The translations under genes were made by a program, and so were the position numbers. A stretch of DNA of 64,000 nt from an uncultured delta proteobacterium (GTDB lineage Bacteria; Myxococcota; B64-G9): positions 288,001 to 352,000 of the forward strand of contig CAVWHX010000003.1 in the NCBI GenBank assembly GCA_963754925.1, read 5' to 3'. Of this stretch, positions 18,958 through 29,036 are shown piece by piece. Each line of letters starts with the position of its first letter. Position 1 is the stretch's first letter. The notes beneath the pieces are model-generated. The model ran no database searches. It was not told where the DNA came from and was given only the letters and a program-made list of their open reading frames with translations.

Positions 18958-20784
18958 ATGTTCATGCAAACGTGGCTCTTACCCTTCTTACTATTGGCGG
19001 CGGCTGCAATCATCGCATTTCCCCTGAGCCGTTACCTGGCATGGATTATGGATGGGAAATACCGGCCGCTTCCCGTCATGGGCTGGATCGAAAAGAAATT
19101 GGACAGCGGACCGCAGAACTGGAAGCAGTATGCGGGTTCCCTACTGGTTTTCAACACCCTACTGTTTGTGCTCGGTTTTGCTGTCCTGGCGTTGCAGCAG
19201 TGGCTTCCGCTCAACCCGGACGGCAAGATCATGCTGTCGCCGAGCACTATTTTTCACAGCGTCGTGTCGTTCATGACCAATACGGACCTCCAACACTACT
19301 CAGGGGACCAGCACCTGTCGAATTTCAGTCAGATCTTCTTCGGCATTTCCAACCTTTTCCTATCGGCATCAATCGGACTGTGCGCCCTTACCGCGATCAT
19401 TCGGGCCTTGCGCAGCGACTCAACGCTTGGCAACTTTTTCCTGGATATGTGGCGAGTGGTTATTTATATGTTCGTGCCCGTCGCCCTGGCCTTCAGCATT
19501 CTTTTTATTTCCCAGGGCAGCCCTATGACCATGGAGACCTCCACTAAGGTAGCAACCCTTGAGCCCGCGGCCATGGGAACCACGGACAAGGGTGAGGTCA
19601 AGCAGCAGAACATCGTGGTGGGGCCGGTTGCGGCATTTGAATCCATAAAAATGCTCGGCACCAACGGGGGTGGGTTTTACGGCATGAATTCCTCGCACCC
19701 CTTTGAAAATCCCACGGGCCTGTCCAATTTCTTCAATACCCTCGCCATGATGCTATTTCCCTTTGGGCTCGTGCTCATGTACGGCCGGATGCTCGGCCGC
19801 AAAAAGCACGGCATCATCATTTTCTCGGTCATGCTGCTCATGATGGCAGGCACGGTATTATGGTCCGTCTATTTCGATACCCTAAAACCGAACCCGGCAT
19901 TCACCAGCCATACCGCCCGGTCCTACGACATCCCCAGCGCAGGCGCGACGGGCGGAAAACGCGTTGTGGCCCTACCGGCGGTGCCGGGCCTACCCGTTGA
20001 TCAGCACTTGGGAAACCTCGAAGGCAAGGAAATGCGCTTCGGCACCTCGGCCGGAGCCACCTTTGCGGCGCTCACGACGGACGTGACGTGCGGCGCGGTA
20101 AATGCCGAAGCGGACAGCCTCAACCCGATTGCGGCGCTGTCGCCCATGGTGGGGATGTGGCTCAACTGCATTTTCGGCGGTAAAGGCGTCGGCATGATAA
20201 ACATGCTGCTCTATATTATTTTTGCGATTTTCCTGGCGGGAATGATGGTGGGCCGGACCCCCGAATACCTGGGGAAGAAGATCGGCTCCCGGGAAATGAA
20301 ACTGGCGACTATCGCCATCCTGATACACCCCCTTATGATTCTCATGCCCGCCGGTCTTTTCGCGGCGACGAGTTGGGGACTTCAGGCGATTAGTAATCCC
20401 GGAGCGCACGGATTATCTCAGATAATCTATCAGTTCTCGTCCGCCTCGGCTAACAACGGTTCCGCCTTTGACGGCCTGGGCGTGGTCTACGGTTTTTACA
20501 ACAACCCGACCCCGGCGCCAACGGCAATCGCCTGGGACATCGCTGCGGGCATGGTCATGCTCATCAGCCGTTTTGTTCCAATCATCGCGCCCATCGCTAT
20601 GGCGGCATTTCTCGGTTCGAAAAGATCGAGCCCCTTCGGCCCGGGGACGCTGCGCGACGATACACTCACCTTCGGTGTCCTTGTCCTTGGGGCGGTCATC
20701 ATAATCGGGGCGCTGTTATTCCTGCCGGTCGCCGCTCTGGGACCCCTGGCCGAACACCTGGGACCCATGCCTTTCGGAGGGTGA
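18958..20784 (+). CDS. kdpA: K+-transporting ATPase subunit A, copy 2
   Basis: Same length (608 aa) and motifs as copy 1; the third filter segment is TCGAV. Confidence 0.95.
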   Translation: MFMQTWLLPFLLLAAAAIIAFPLSRYLAWIMDGKYRPLPVMGWIEKKLDSGPQNWKQYAGSLLVFNTLLFVLGFAVLALQQWLPLNPDGKIMLSPSTIFHSVVSFMTNTDLQHYSGDQHLSNFSQIFFGISNLFLSASIGLCALTAIIRALRSDSTLGNFFLDMWRVVIYMFVPVALAFSILFISQGSPMTMETSTKVATLEPAAMGTTDKGEVKQQNIVVGPVAAFESIKMLGTNGGGFYGMNSSHPFENPTGLSNFFNTLAMMLFPFGLVLMYGRMLGRKKHGIIIFSVMLLMMAGTVLWSVYFDTLKPNPAFTSHTARSYDIPSAGATGGKRVVALPAVPGLPVDQHLGNLEGKEMRFGTSAGATFAALTTDVTCGAVNAEADSLNPIAALSPMVGMWLNCIFGGKGVGMINMLLYIIFAIFLAGMMVGRTPEYLGKKIGSREMKLATIAILIHPLMILMPAGLFAATSWGLQAISNPGAHGLSQIIYQFSSASANNGSAFDGLGVVYGFYNNPTPAPTAIAWDIAAGMVMLISRFVPIIAPIAMAAFLGSKRSSPFGPGTLRDDTLTFGVLVLGAVIIIGALLFLPVAALGPLAEHLGPMPFGG

Positions 20785-20839
20785 CGGGAATGTCCGAATA
20801 TTTCCTGAATGAAAAAATAATCATGCAAAGGAGTAAGAT

Positions 20840-23014
20840 ATGAATACATCAGCAGCCATTATTGAAGAAACCGAAAAAAAATCGCCCTTGGTGCCGGCAA
20901 AGCAGCCATCGCCGCGCAAGGTGAGCAAAATCAAACGAAAAGCCCTGTTTGAAAAGGAAACGATGCTGGCCGCCCTAAAACAGGCCTTAGTGATGTTGCG
21001 GCCGGACGTTCAATGGAAAAATCCCGTGATGTTCGTTGTTGAGGTAGGCGCTTTCCTGACCCTTCTGTATATCGTGCAATCGTTGCTAGGCGGGACCCAG
21101 AGTGAGGCGCCGATCACCTATTTTATCGCGGTCGACGCGTGGCTGTTTTTAACCGTGCTTTTTGCCAATTTCGCCACCTCCCTGGCCGAGGCCCGCGGCA
21201 AGGCGCAGGCGGAATCGCTCAGGCGTGCGCGCAAAGACACCGTGGCCTACCGTTTGAACAAAGATGAGAGCGTTGAACCAGTTCCCTCATCGTCATTAAA
21301 AATGGGGGACCTGGTCGTCGTGGAGGCGGGGCAGATGATTCCCGGCGACGGCGAGATCATCAAGGGCGTTGCCTCCGTTGACGAATCGGTAATTACGGGA
21401 GAGTCGGCGCCGGTTATCCGGGAAGCGGGAAGTGACCGTTCCGGCGTGACCGGTGGAACGACGGTGCTATCCGACCGCGTCGTTGTACAAATTACGAGCG
21501 GGGTCGGGGATTCCTTTCTTGACCGGATGATCGCCTTGGTGGAAGGAGCCATCCGTCAGCGAAGCCCCAACGAGATTGCGCTCACGTTGGTGCTCTCTGC
21601 ATTTTCTTTGATATTCCTGATCGTGGTGATTCCCCTCTGGCCTATGGCCTGGAACGCCGAGCAGTACATGATGGGCTACCTCGGCATCAAGGAGCCGCTG
21701 CGTAGCCTCGGCACCGACGTGCCAACCTTGATAGCTCTTATCGTATGTCTTATTCCGACCACGATCGGCGCGTTGCTTGCCGCCATCGGGATAGCGGGCA
21801 TGGACCGCGCCCTTCAGGCCAACATCATCGCCAAGAGCGGAAAATCCGTGGAACTGGCCGGTGACATCGACATCGTGCTGCTGGACAAGACCGGGACCAT
21901 TACGATGGGAAACCGGCACGCGACAACGTTCCTGCCGCTTCGGGGTTATTCAGAGCCCGACCTGGCGAAACTTGCCGCCATCGCTTCAGCCGCCGATCAG
22001 ACACCCGAGGGGAAGAGCATTGTGAGTCTATCAGAAAAGCGCATGCAAACCCCCTTGCGTATGGCCGAGGATAGTCAATTTATACCCTTTACGGCCCAGA
22101 CCCGCATGAGCGGCGTCGATCTGCCCGGCGGGCGCCGTATCCGGAAAGGGGCAGTCGATGCCGTGACCGCGTTTGTCGAACAAAACCACGGCGGCGTGCC
22201 TGATGAGCTCAGTGCGCTGGTCCGGGGCGTTGCGACTAAAGGGGCAACCCCCCTGGCCGTCGCCGATAACGACCGCATTGCCGGTCTTATCGTGCTCGAA
22301 GACATATTAAAACCAAATATGAAAGAGCGTTTTCATCGGCTTCGGAAGATGGGCCTGAGGACCGTCATGATCACCGGCGACAACCCCTTGACCGCTGCAA
22401 CCATTGCGTCGCAGGCCGGTGTGGACGATTACCTCGCCCAAGCGACGCCGGAGACGAAGCTCGCCTATATACGAAAGGAACATGAAGGCGGAAAGCTGGT
22501 CGCCATGATGGGTGACGGAACCAATGACGCGCCGGCCCTGGCCCAGGCGGATGTCGCCCTGGCCATGAACGCCGGCACGCAGGCGGCAAAAGAAGCCGCT
22601 AACATGGTGGATCTGGACAGCGACCCCACCAAGGTGATTGAAGTCGTGGAAATCGGAAAACAGCTCCTGATAACGAGGGGAGCCCTGACGACGTTCTCGA
22701 TCGCCAACGATGTGGCGAAATACTTCGCGATCATCCCGGCGCTATTCGCCGGCACGCTCCCGTGGCTCAAGGTGATGGACATCATGCATCTTTATTCGCC
22801 GACGTCGGCCATACTTTCCGCGGTCATATTCAACGCCCTTATTATCCCGGCGCTGATCCCCGTAGCGCTCAGGGGGGTGCGCTACCGCGCTCTGGGAGCC
22901 GATGCCCTCCTGAGGAGGAACCTGCTGGTCTGGGGGCTGGGTGGTGTGATCCTGCCCTTCATCGGCATCAAATTGATTGATCTTATCATGGTGGGTCTGC
23001 ATTTGGTCAGTTGA
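20840..23014 (+). CDS. kdpB: K+-transporting P-type ATPase subunit B
   Basis: TGES, CLIPTTIG, DKTGT, TGDN, GDGTNDAPAL. Confidence 0.97.
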   Translation: MNTSAAIIEETEKKSPLVPAKQPSPRKVSKIKRKALFEKETMLAALKQALVMLRPDVQWKNPVMFVVEVGAFLTLLYIVQSLLGGTQSEAPITYFIAVDAWLFLTVLFANFATSLAEARGKAQAESLRRARKDTVAYRLNKDESVEPVPSSSLKMGDLVVVEAGQMIPGDGEIIKGVASVDESVITGESAPVIREAGSDRSGVTGGTTVLSDRVVVQITSGVGDSFLDRMIALVEGAIRQRSPNEIALTLVLSAFSLIFLIVVIPLWPMAWNAEQYMMGYLGIKEPLRSLGTDVPTLIALIVCLIPTTIGALLAAIGIAGMDRALQANIIAKSGKSVELAGDIDIVLLDKTGTITMGNRHATTFLPLRGYSEPDLAKLAAIASAADQTPEGKSIVSLSEKRMQTPLRMAEDSQFIPFTAQTRMSGVDLPGGRRIRKGAVDAVTAFVEQNHGGVPDELSALVRGVATKGATPLAVADNDRIAGLIVLEDILKPNMKERFHRLRKMGLRTVMITGDNPLTAATIASQAGVDDYLAQATPETKLAYIRKEHEGGKLVAMMGDGTNDAPALAQADVALAMNAGTQAAKEAANMVDLDSDPTKVIEVVEIGKQLLITRGALTTFSIANDVAKYFAIIPALFAGTLPWLKVMDIMHLYSPTSAILSAVIFNALIIPALIPVALRGVRYRALGADALLRRNLLVWGLGGVILPFIGIKLIDLIMVGLHLVS

Positions 23015-23029
23015 TCGAAAAGAAAATTA

Positions 23030-24064
23030 ATGGAGGTTCAATCATGTTCCGTTACTTTAAAGAAAAGCCTTCTCTTATTGTCGCTGCTCGTATTCATCTG
23101 CTGCGTCCTATACGTATTGGTGTTATGGGGAATCGGACAGACCTTTTTCCCCTTCCAGTCCAACGGAAGCATCGTTAGCGGACCCGATGGTAAGCCGGTA
23201 GGCTCGCTGCTCATTGGGCAGCCCTTCACCAAGGACGAATATTTTAGACCTCGTCCTTCGGCGGCGTCGTACGATGCGTCGGCCTCGGCATCATCGTCAC
23301 TGGCGGCCTCTAACTACGCGCTGCGTGATCGGGCGGCCCGGGCGCTCGGTCCGATCGCAACGTATGGAAGCGGTCCGAAAACCGGACAACTCGTGGCTCC
23401 GGATGTCGAAGCGTGGTTCCAAAAAGACGTCTTTCAGGGCAATCCTCATATAGTCGCCCAGTGGGCGGACCTGCACAACGGACTTGCCCAGGCTTGGGTA
23501 AAAGCGGACCCGGCTAATGCCGCATACGTTGACGCATGGACCGGGGAGCATCAGGCCTTGGTTGACCAATGGATCAAAGATAATCCGGATACCCAAAAAC
23601 CGCAGGCCGCGGACCTGGCCGTCTTGTTTTTTGAACATTTCTCCGATGATCATCCGGGAAAATTTCTTTCCAGCGTCGCGCACACGGGAGCTGACGGCAA
23701 GGCCACTACCTCGATTGAACCCGTCAGCGATGGCGCTGACATCCAGTCGGTTTTCTTCGACCTGTGGGTTCAGGATCACCCCAATGCCGGTTTTCAGGTT
23801 GTCCCGGCCGACATGGTCACCGCCTCGGCTTCCGGGCTCGATCCACATATCTCTGTTCAAAACGCAACGTTGCAGATCGATCGGGTAGCCTCGAAGTGGG
23901 CAGATAATCTGAAACGCGATCCCAACGAGGTTAGAAAGGAAATCCAGGGCATACTGAGCGAAAAGAAAACAGCTCCCTGGTTCGGGCTTGTGGGAGAACC
24001 GTTCGTCAACGTTCTTGAGGTCAATCTCGAACTTCGCAACCGGTACGGCGCTCCAAGCGACTGA
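23030..24064 (+). CDS. kdpC: K+-transporting ATPase subunit C with a large insertion
   Basis: 'GSLLIGQPF...YFRPRPSA', 'PADMVTASASGLDPHIS', 'GEPFVNVLEVNLEL'; 344 aa. Confidence 0.92.
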   Translation: MEVQSCSVTLKKSLLLLSLLVFICCVLYVLVLWGIGQTFFPFQSNGSIVSGPDGKPVGSLLIGQPFTKDEYFRPRPSAASYDASASASSSLAASNYALRDRAARALGPIATYGSGPKTGQLVAPDVEAWFQKDVFQGNPHIVAQWADLHNGLAQAWVKADPANAAYVDAWTGEHQALVDQWIKDNPDTQKPQAADLAVLFFEHFSDDHPGKFLSSVAHTGADGKATTSIEPVSDGADIQSVFFDLWVQDHPNAGFQVVPADMVTASASGLDPHISVQNATLQIDRVASKWADNLKRDPNEVRKEIQGILSEKKTAPWFGLVGEPFVNVLEVNLELRNRYGAPSD

Positions 24065-24128
24065 GTATTGCTATGAGATCGATTGAAAGGTAACGCCGTT
24101 ATCAACATTCTAGAAGGAGGATACGACA

Positions 24129-24224
24129 ATGAATTTACTTTTTTGGGTGCCGGCAATGTTTTTCCTGGGGATTGGGTTAATGGGTTTGATGCTTTTGTTC
24201 ATTAAAGCGTGCGAAAAAATATAA
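24129..24224 (+). CDS. 31-aa single-TM peptide in the kdp operon
   Basis: MNLLFWVPAMFFLGIGLMGLMLLFIKACEKI; strong RBS AGGAGG upstream; below the ORF-track size cutoff. Confidence 0.7.
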   Translation: MNLLFWVPAMFFLGIGLMGLMLLFIKACEKI

Positions 24225-24238
24225 AGGAGGGAAAAGCC

Positions 24239-24322
24239 ATGATGATCTATCTTACGGGAGCCATAGCGGCTTTTCTATTGATTTATCTGACGATATCTCT
24301 CATTCGACCAGAATGGTTTTAA
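24239..24322 (+). CDS. kdpF: K+-transporting ATPase subunit F
   Basis: MMIYLTGAIAAFLLIYLTISLIRPEWF, with the KdpF C-terminal 'YL..sL.rPE.F' signature; RBS AGGAGG. Confidence 0.88.
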   Translation: MMIYLTGAIAAFLLIYLTISLIRPEWF

Positions 24323-24333
24323 AGGGCTCTCAA

Positions 24334-25005
24334 TTACTCAATGAGTCGATAGCGAGCTTCTATGTCTTCTTTCCAAAATCCGTTAAAATGCCACCACTCA
24401 TCCAGCCGGGAAATGAATCCCGCTTCTCTCATAACCTGACGGAGGAGTTTTCGATTTTCGATTTGGAACGGTGAGAGCTTCCCTTCCCTAACAAACTTTG
24501 ATTCATACTGTGGTTGCGCCAAGTCGCCAAAAAAGTCGTAGGGTGTACCCATATCAAGAGGCTGACCGTCTGCGTCTACGATAGTCAGATCAACCGCGGC
24601 GCCGTAGTTATGGAGGGACCCCGATTTTGGCGGGGCGACGTACCGCTGTTGTTCCGTACCTTTCACCAGGTTCCACATGCGAACCTGTATCCGTCTCGGC
24701 CGGGCACAATCGTAGAGCAACAACGACCATCCGGCTTTGTGTCTGCGCAAAGCTTTTTGGGCGGCAATGAGCTTCTCCGCTACCGCTTTTTGCAGGTAGC
24801 AATGCTCTAAATCTCCATAGACGTCGGCGTGCAGAAAATTGTCGGTGGTGGCGTATTTCAGCTCAACCCGGATCTCCGGATCAAGGCTTTGGATATCGGT
24901 AAGCCCCTTGGCCTTCATCTCCTGATCAAGTCCGTCGACACGTGTTTCTTGAGATGCAGCAGTTCCAACCAGACACAGAAAGCTGATGACGATAGGTCGC
25001 ACCAA
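24334..25005 (-). CDS. D-Ala-D-Ala dipeptidase (VanX/DdpX, M15D)
   Basis: 'YATTDNF', 'YDCARP', 'SLHNYGAAVDLT', 'DMGTPYD', 'EWWHF'; N-terminal signal peptide. Confidence 0.9.
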   Translation of the reverse strand: MVRPIVISFLCLVGTAASQETRVDGLDQEMKAKGLTDIQSLDPEIRVELKYATTDNFLHADVYGDLEHCYLQKAVAEKLIAAQKALRRHKAGWSLLLYDCARPRRIQVRMWNLVKGTEQQRYVAPPKSGSLHNYGAAVDLTIVDADGQPLDMGTPYDFFGDLAQPQYESKFVREGKLSPFQIENRKLLRQVMREAGFISRLDEWWHFNGFWKEDIEARYRLIE

Positions 25006-25010
25006 TGCGG

Positions 25011-25445
25011 TTACTTTTCCTTCGGGCAGGGCCCAAGGTACTTCCCGGACATGGTGCTGGTCATCAGCATATCCGGTTTACCCTTGATTTTCATCGTCGT
25101 GTCGGAGGTGCCGTCAAACGAATCCCCTTTGTAGGTCATCGTACCGTTAACCACCGTGGTGCCTTTGTCGCTGTTACACTCAACGGTGTACGTCACCGTG
25201 TCGCCGGTCACTTTTTGGTCTTTTGTGGTGCACTCCTTTCCCTTTGGCTGCTTCCCTTGTTTTGGCACCATATTATCTTTAGTCATGCACTGCTTCATGG
25301 TGGTCGCGGGCATCGGCACCGGTATTCCTTTCATTTCAAGCTTGGTCGTGATTTCCCATTCTCCTTCTTTCATCTGCGCCAACGCGGCGCTCACCCATAC
25401 CAGTGAAACAACGATAGCCACCGCAACAGATATGTTTTTTAGCAT
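25011..25445 (-). CDS. Exported protein, DUF3617-like
   Basis: Signal peptide, 'G.WEIT', spaced Cys residues, C-terminal 'GKYLGPC'. Confidence 0.75.
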   Translation of the reverse strand: MLKNISVAVAIVVSLVWVSAALAQMKEGEWEITTKLEMKGIPVPMPATTMKQCMTKDNMVPKQGKQPKGKECTTKDQKVTGDTVTYTVECNSDKGTTVVNGTMTYKGDSFDGTSDTTMKIKGKPDMLMTSTMSGKYLGPCPKEK

Positions 25446-25583
25446 GTGCGCCTCCCTTAAGGTAATTTATGACTAGCCATCCCTGTTAACAGTAGTTCCG
25501 TTTCAGGTCAAACAAAATATGATCCCGCCTGTCTTTATTCATAGGATACTGCCGGATGAAACAGTGATTATGGAAGCCTGGGA

Positions 25584-26330
25584 TTATTCGGTCTCGGCCT
25601 TTCCGAACGCGTTGTTGAAATCGTCGCTGAAACCGTAATGAGCGGTGAAGATATATTGTATGCCGCTCAAGTTTTGTAGTTTCTGCAACGATTTTTTTTC
25701 GGTTTCCGTATCCATGTTGAAAAGTTCATTGAACGGTCCAACTCGACCGTTTTTCAGACTGAGGGTATCGCCGGTGAACAGGTACGCATCGTCGATAACA
25801 TAGCACATCGAACCCAGCGTATGTCCCGGTGTAAGAATTCCCCGGACCTTTATAGAGCCAACCGTGATCTCCTGATCGTCTTTCATCAGTTCATAGGGAA
25901 CATCAAGTTTGTTTTTAAAGATCAACATGCGGTATTTCTTTCCGTTTATCATTTGTTCCTCGTCGCTGGATAGGTAAACCTTCGCATTTTTATACAATTG
26001 CAGCGAAGCCGTGTGATCCCTGTCCGTGTGGGTAAGAAATACGGCTTTGATATTTTCTGGATCGATATTGATTTTTTTCATCTCGGCCGCTATTGCCGCG
26101 GCGTTATTGCCCGCGTCAACCGCAATAAGGTCGTCCGCCTTTTGAATGACAAACATATTCACATTACCGTCCCGCACCGCGAAAATACCGTCGACAACCT
26201 GTTTGGTCGCAATCGGCGCCATGAAGGCCGTTTCCGCGGAGAGCTTGGATTTGATTAAGAGAAGACCTATCACTATCACGCCGACGAGAACAAAGATGGC
26301 CCCAATGATTATTTTCGTTCTTTTTTTCAT
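25584..26330 (-). CDS. Membrane-anchored MBL-fold metallo-hydrolase
   Basis: 'VDAG', THTDRDH, 'TPGHT', 'FTGD', 'TAH'. Confidence 0.85.
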   Translation of the reverse strand: MKKRTKIIIGAIFVLVGVIVIGLLLIKSKLSAETAFMAPIATKQVVDGIFAVRDGNVNMFVIQKADDLIAVDAGNNAAAIAAEMKKINIDPENIKAVFLTHTDRDHTASLQLYKNAKVYLSSDEEQMINGKKYRMLIFKNKLDVPYELMKDDQEITVGSIKVRGILTPGHTLGSMCYVIDDAYLFTGDTLSLKNGRVGPFNELFNMDTETEKKSLQKLQNLSGIQYIFTAHYGFSDDFNNAFGKAETE

Positions 26331-26389
26331 AGCACTCGCTCCTCGGGTTTGTTCCTGGTCTACGGTCGGCTCGATCTGACTGCCCATGG

Positions 26390-27145
26390 TTACCACCGGC
26401 CATTCATACGTTGAAAGGATTGATCCAATTCCGCCCGTGAGGCTTTGATAAATCCTTCCGACATTCCATACCCTAGTTCGAATACATCCTTTTTCAAGCC
26501 GTTCATCACCGCGGCGACAAATACGTCGGGCGTTAAATTCGCCTTGAAATTTCCGTGGTTGGCTCTTCCCTCCGGGTTTAGCTCCGTATCCACCGCCGGC
26601 GGCACCACCTCAAAAACGTTGATCCCCTGCTTTTTGAGTTGATATCTGAGAGCCATGGAAAAAGCGTGCAGCGCGGCTTTGGTCGCACTATATACCGGCA
26701 TGCGGGCGGCAGGCACGAAACCCAATCCCGATGAGACATTGATGATGGCGGCTTGTTTCTTTCCTTTCAAAAGCGGAATGAACATACCGGACAGAACTAT
26801 CGGCGCTTCGAGGTTTATTTCGATTTCGCTTTCTCCGGCCAAATAGTTGGCAATGCCGTTGGTGAAATCAATGTCCCGTTGCACACCGGCATTGTTAACC
26901 AGAATGTTCAACGTGCTGAAGTTGGCGGTTATCCATTCGAGCAACGTTTTTCGATCCGCTTCTGCCGCAACATCACATACCTTAATGCGAAACTCCGGAT
27001 GCTTTTTTTGGGCCTCAAGGAGCCGCTCCTCTCGACGTCCGCAAATAATGACCTCGCTTCCCGCCCCCGAGAAAGATTCCGCCATCGCATACCCGATGCC
27101 CGTCGCCCCGCCGGTGATCAATACCGTATTTCCTGAAATCTCCAC
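26390..27145 (-). CDS. SDR oxidoreductase (DltE-like)
   Basis: TGGATGIG, NNAG, YSATK. Confidence 0.9.
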   Translation of the reverse strand: MEISGNTVLITGGATGIGYAMAESFSGAGSEVIICGRREERLLEAQKKHPEFRIKVCDVAAEADRKTLLEWITANFSTLNILVNNAGVQRDIDFTNGIANYLAGESEIEINLEAPIVLSGMFIPLLKGKKQAAIINVSSGLGFVPAARMPVYSATKAALHAFSMALRYQLKKQGINVFEVVPPAVDTELNPEGRANHGNFKANLTPDVFVAAVMNGLKKDVFELGYGMSEGFIKASRAELDQSFQRMNGRW

Positions 27146-27160
27146 GTTAAACCTCCCCAA

Positions 27161-27886
27161 TTATTTTCTTTCGGCGTATCCAACGGTCTGGCCGAAGAGG
27201 ACCCTTTGATCGGCGCGCAAATTCAATGTCGCCGCAAGACCGGCTTTATCGCAGTTGTGAAACCATGACGCCAGACCCTGAGAAGCCGCAAACAAATATA
27301 CGTTGCCGGCTATGAGACCGGTATCAACAAAATAATACGACTTTTGAATTTCCGGATCGTGCAAACCCGGTTCCTTAAACCCAGCGGTATTCGTGAGTTT
27401 ATTAATATCAACGACGTAGATCAGACGGACCGCGGACCGAGCTCCAACGTTCTCCTGTCCGAGGCCGATTGCCAGGGAGCGCAGGTCGCCTTTGACAACG
27501 GGGACCAATTGGTGCTGCACCGCGTCGTACAAATAAATTCCTTCCCGTAGGGCAACGTACAGATCAATTTCCTGTGAGTTGCTTGCCGATGCGGCGGTTC
27601 TGCCGGGAATTCCAAAGGGGCCGCTTGTTCGATTTACTCCCCAGGCCGCCCAGAGGAGATTTGACAACACCTGCAACGGAAGCTTTCTATCGCTTATTTC
27701 ACGGATGGTTTTTCTTTGCTGTAATGCTGTTAATACCGACCTACTGCGATCAAACTTGGGTTTCGGCAGTTTAATCGGCGGTAGATTCCGTGAGGAAGCA
27801 GGATATCTATAGGAAGGAACACGTTGCTGAGTTGAGCGAGGGTTACAGGGAAGCCGAGATTTCTTTTTCTTTCTTTCAGGAACCAT
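27161..27886 (-). CDS. Nitroreductase-family (SagB/ThcOx-like) flavoprotein
   Basis: 'AL..RKTIRE', 'LSNLLWAA', 'RTAASASN', 'NVYLFAASQGL'. Confidence 0.8.
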   Translation of the reverse strand: MVPERKKKKSRLPCNPRSTQQRVPSYRYPASSRNLPPIKLPKPKFDRSRSVLTALQQRKTIREISDRKLPLQVLSNLLWAAWGVNRTSGPFGIPGRTAASASNSQEIDLYVALREGIYLYDAVQHQLVPVVKGDLRSLAIGLGQENVGARSAVRLIYVVDINKLTNTAGFKEPGLHDPEIQKSYYFVDTGLIAGNVYLFAASQGLASWFHNCDKAGLAATLNLRADQRVLFGQTVGYAERK

Positions 27887-27984
27887 CAGATCCTGCTTTC
27901 TTTTTCAGGAATCATCGTTGAATATTGTCTTTACCCGCCTTAATGAAACCGAAATCAATTTTGCGGAATATCATTACATGGATT

Positions 27985-28975
27985 TCATTCCGCGGCGGCT
28001 TCAGTCATGGCCGGGGCCGCGCCATCAGGTTCTCTGAGAAATTGAAGCGTCGCCTGCACCGTGATCTCGGGTATTTCTTCCATGCCTAAATGGCCGATGC
28101 CGTCATAGGCAATGTAGGTGGCCGCGGGCAGGTCCTTCTTCCATTTCTCAAAGTTCTCAAACGGCACCCATTCGTCCTTGGTGCCCCACATGACCAAGGT
28201 GGACACCTTGATGTTGGGTATCTCCTTGCCGAGGTTGCTGGTCTCGTTTTGCTTCCGCATTTCGCTAAAGATATCTACGTAAGCGCCTTTGTTTCCCTCC
28301 CGCATCGCGAGCTCGAAAAAACGTTTCTTTATCGCAGGGGTGGCTCTCGATTTGTCCCCGAAAACCTGGGTAACGGCTATATCAAAAAAGAAACTGGGCA
28401 TCATGCGGCGTGAAATCGGTCGTATAAACGGGTTGATGGTGTATCTGAGAATCCACGGCAGTTCCTGGTTGTACCCGACCGGATCGATGAGGATGAGCTT
28501 GGTTACTTTTTGAGGATAGGTAACGGCATAATTCCAGGCGAAGTAGCCTCCCAGGGAATTCCCGCCAATTGAGAATCTATCTAAATTAAAGATAGCTTGC
28601 GAAATCGTTCAGTAACGCGACGGCATTCTCACGCTGGTATTGTTTTTTATCGGGTGCCGGTCCGGTTAGGCCGAACCCCGGGACATCGATCCGGATTACC
28701 CGGAACTCGCCCTTCATCGACGGAAGCCAGCCATCCCAGGTTTCAAGGGATGAACAAATGCCGTGAAGCAGGATAACCACGGGGCCCGATCCCTCGTCCC
28801 GATAACGGACCTGCATGCCGTTATATGAAAAGTATTTGTCGGCGCTGGTGGTATATTTTTCTTTCATCTTTTCGATCGGTATATCGGCGATCCCCAAGCT
28901 GTCGCAACCGGTCAACCCGGCGAATGAAACGAAAAATGCCGCAACCACAAACCTCCTGATGATCGAAGCATGCAT
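27985..28975 (-). pseudogene. Alpha/beta hydrolase lipoprotein with a +1 frameshift at about 28588-28590 (possibly a sequencing error)
   Basis: The N-half (lipobox LTGC, 'LLHG', 'DVPGFGLT') stops at CTT-TAA. Removing one T gives YLNLDRFSIGGNSLGG, continuous with the 27985..28404 ORF ('WGTKD', 'GH...EE.P'). Confidence 0.8.
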
Positions 28976-29036
28976 TCTCGTATCCTCCATGGCAGGTCTA
29001 GGAAAAACAAACACGTTTTTGAGATCCGTTAGTCTA

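Noticed and set aside
16968..20784. kdpA duplication as a simple assembly artefact
   Set aside because: The copies differ at many synonymous and non-synonymous sites and in their leaders; only read mapping can fully exclude haplotype merging.
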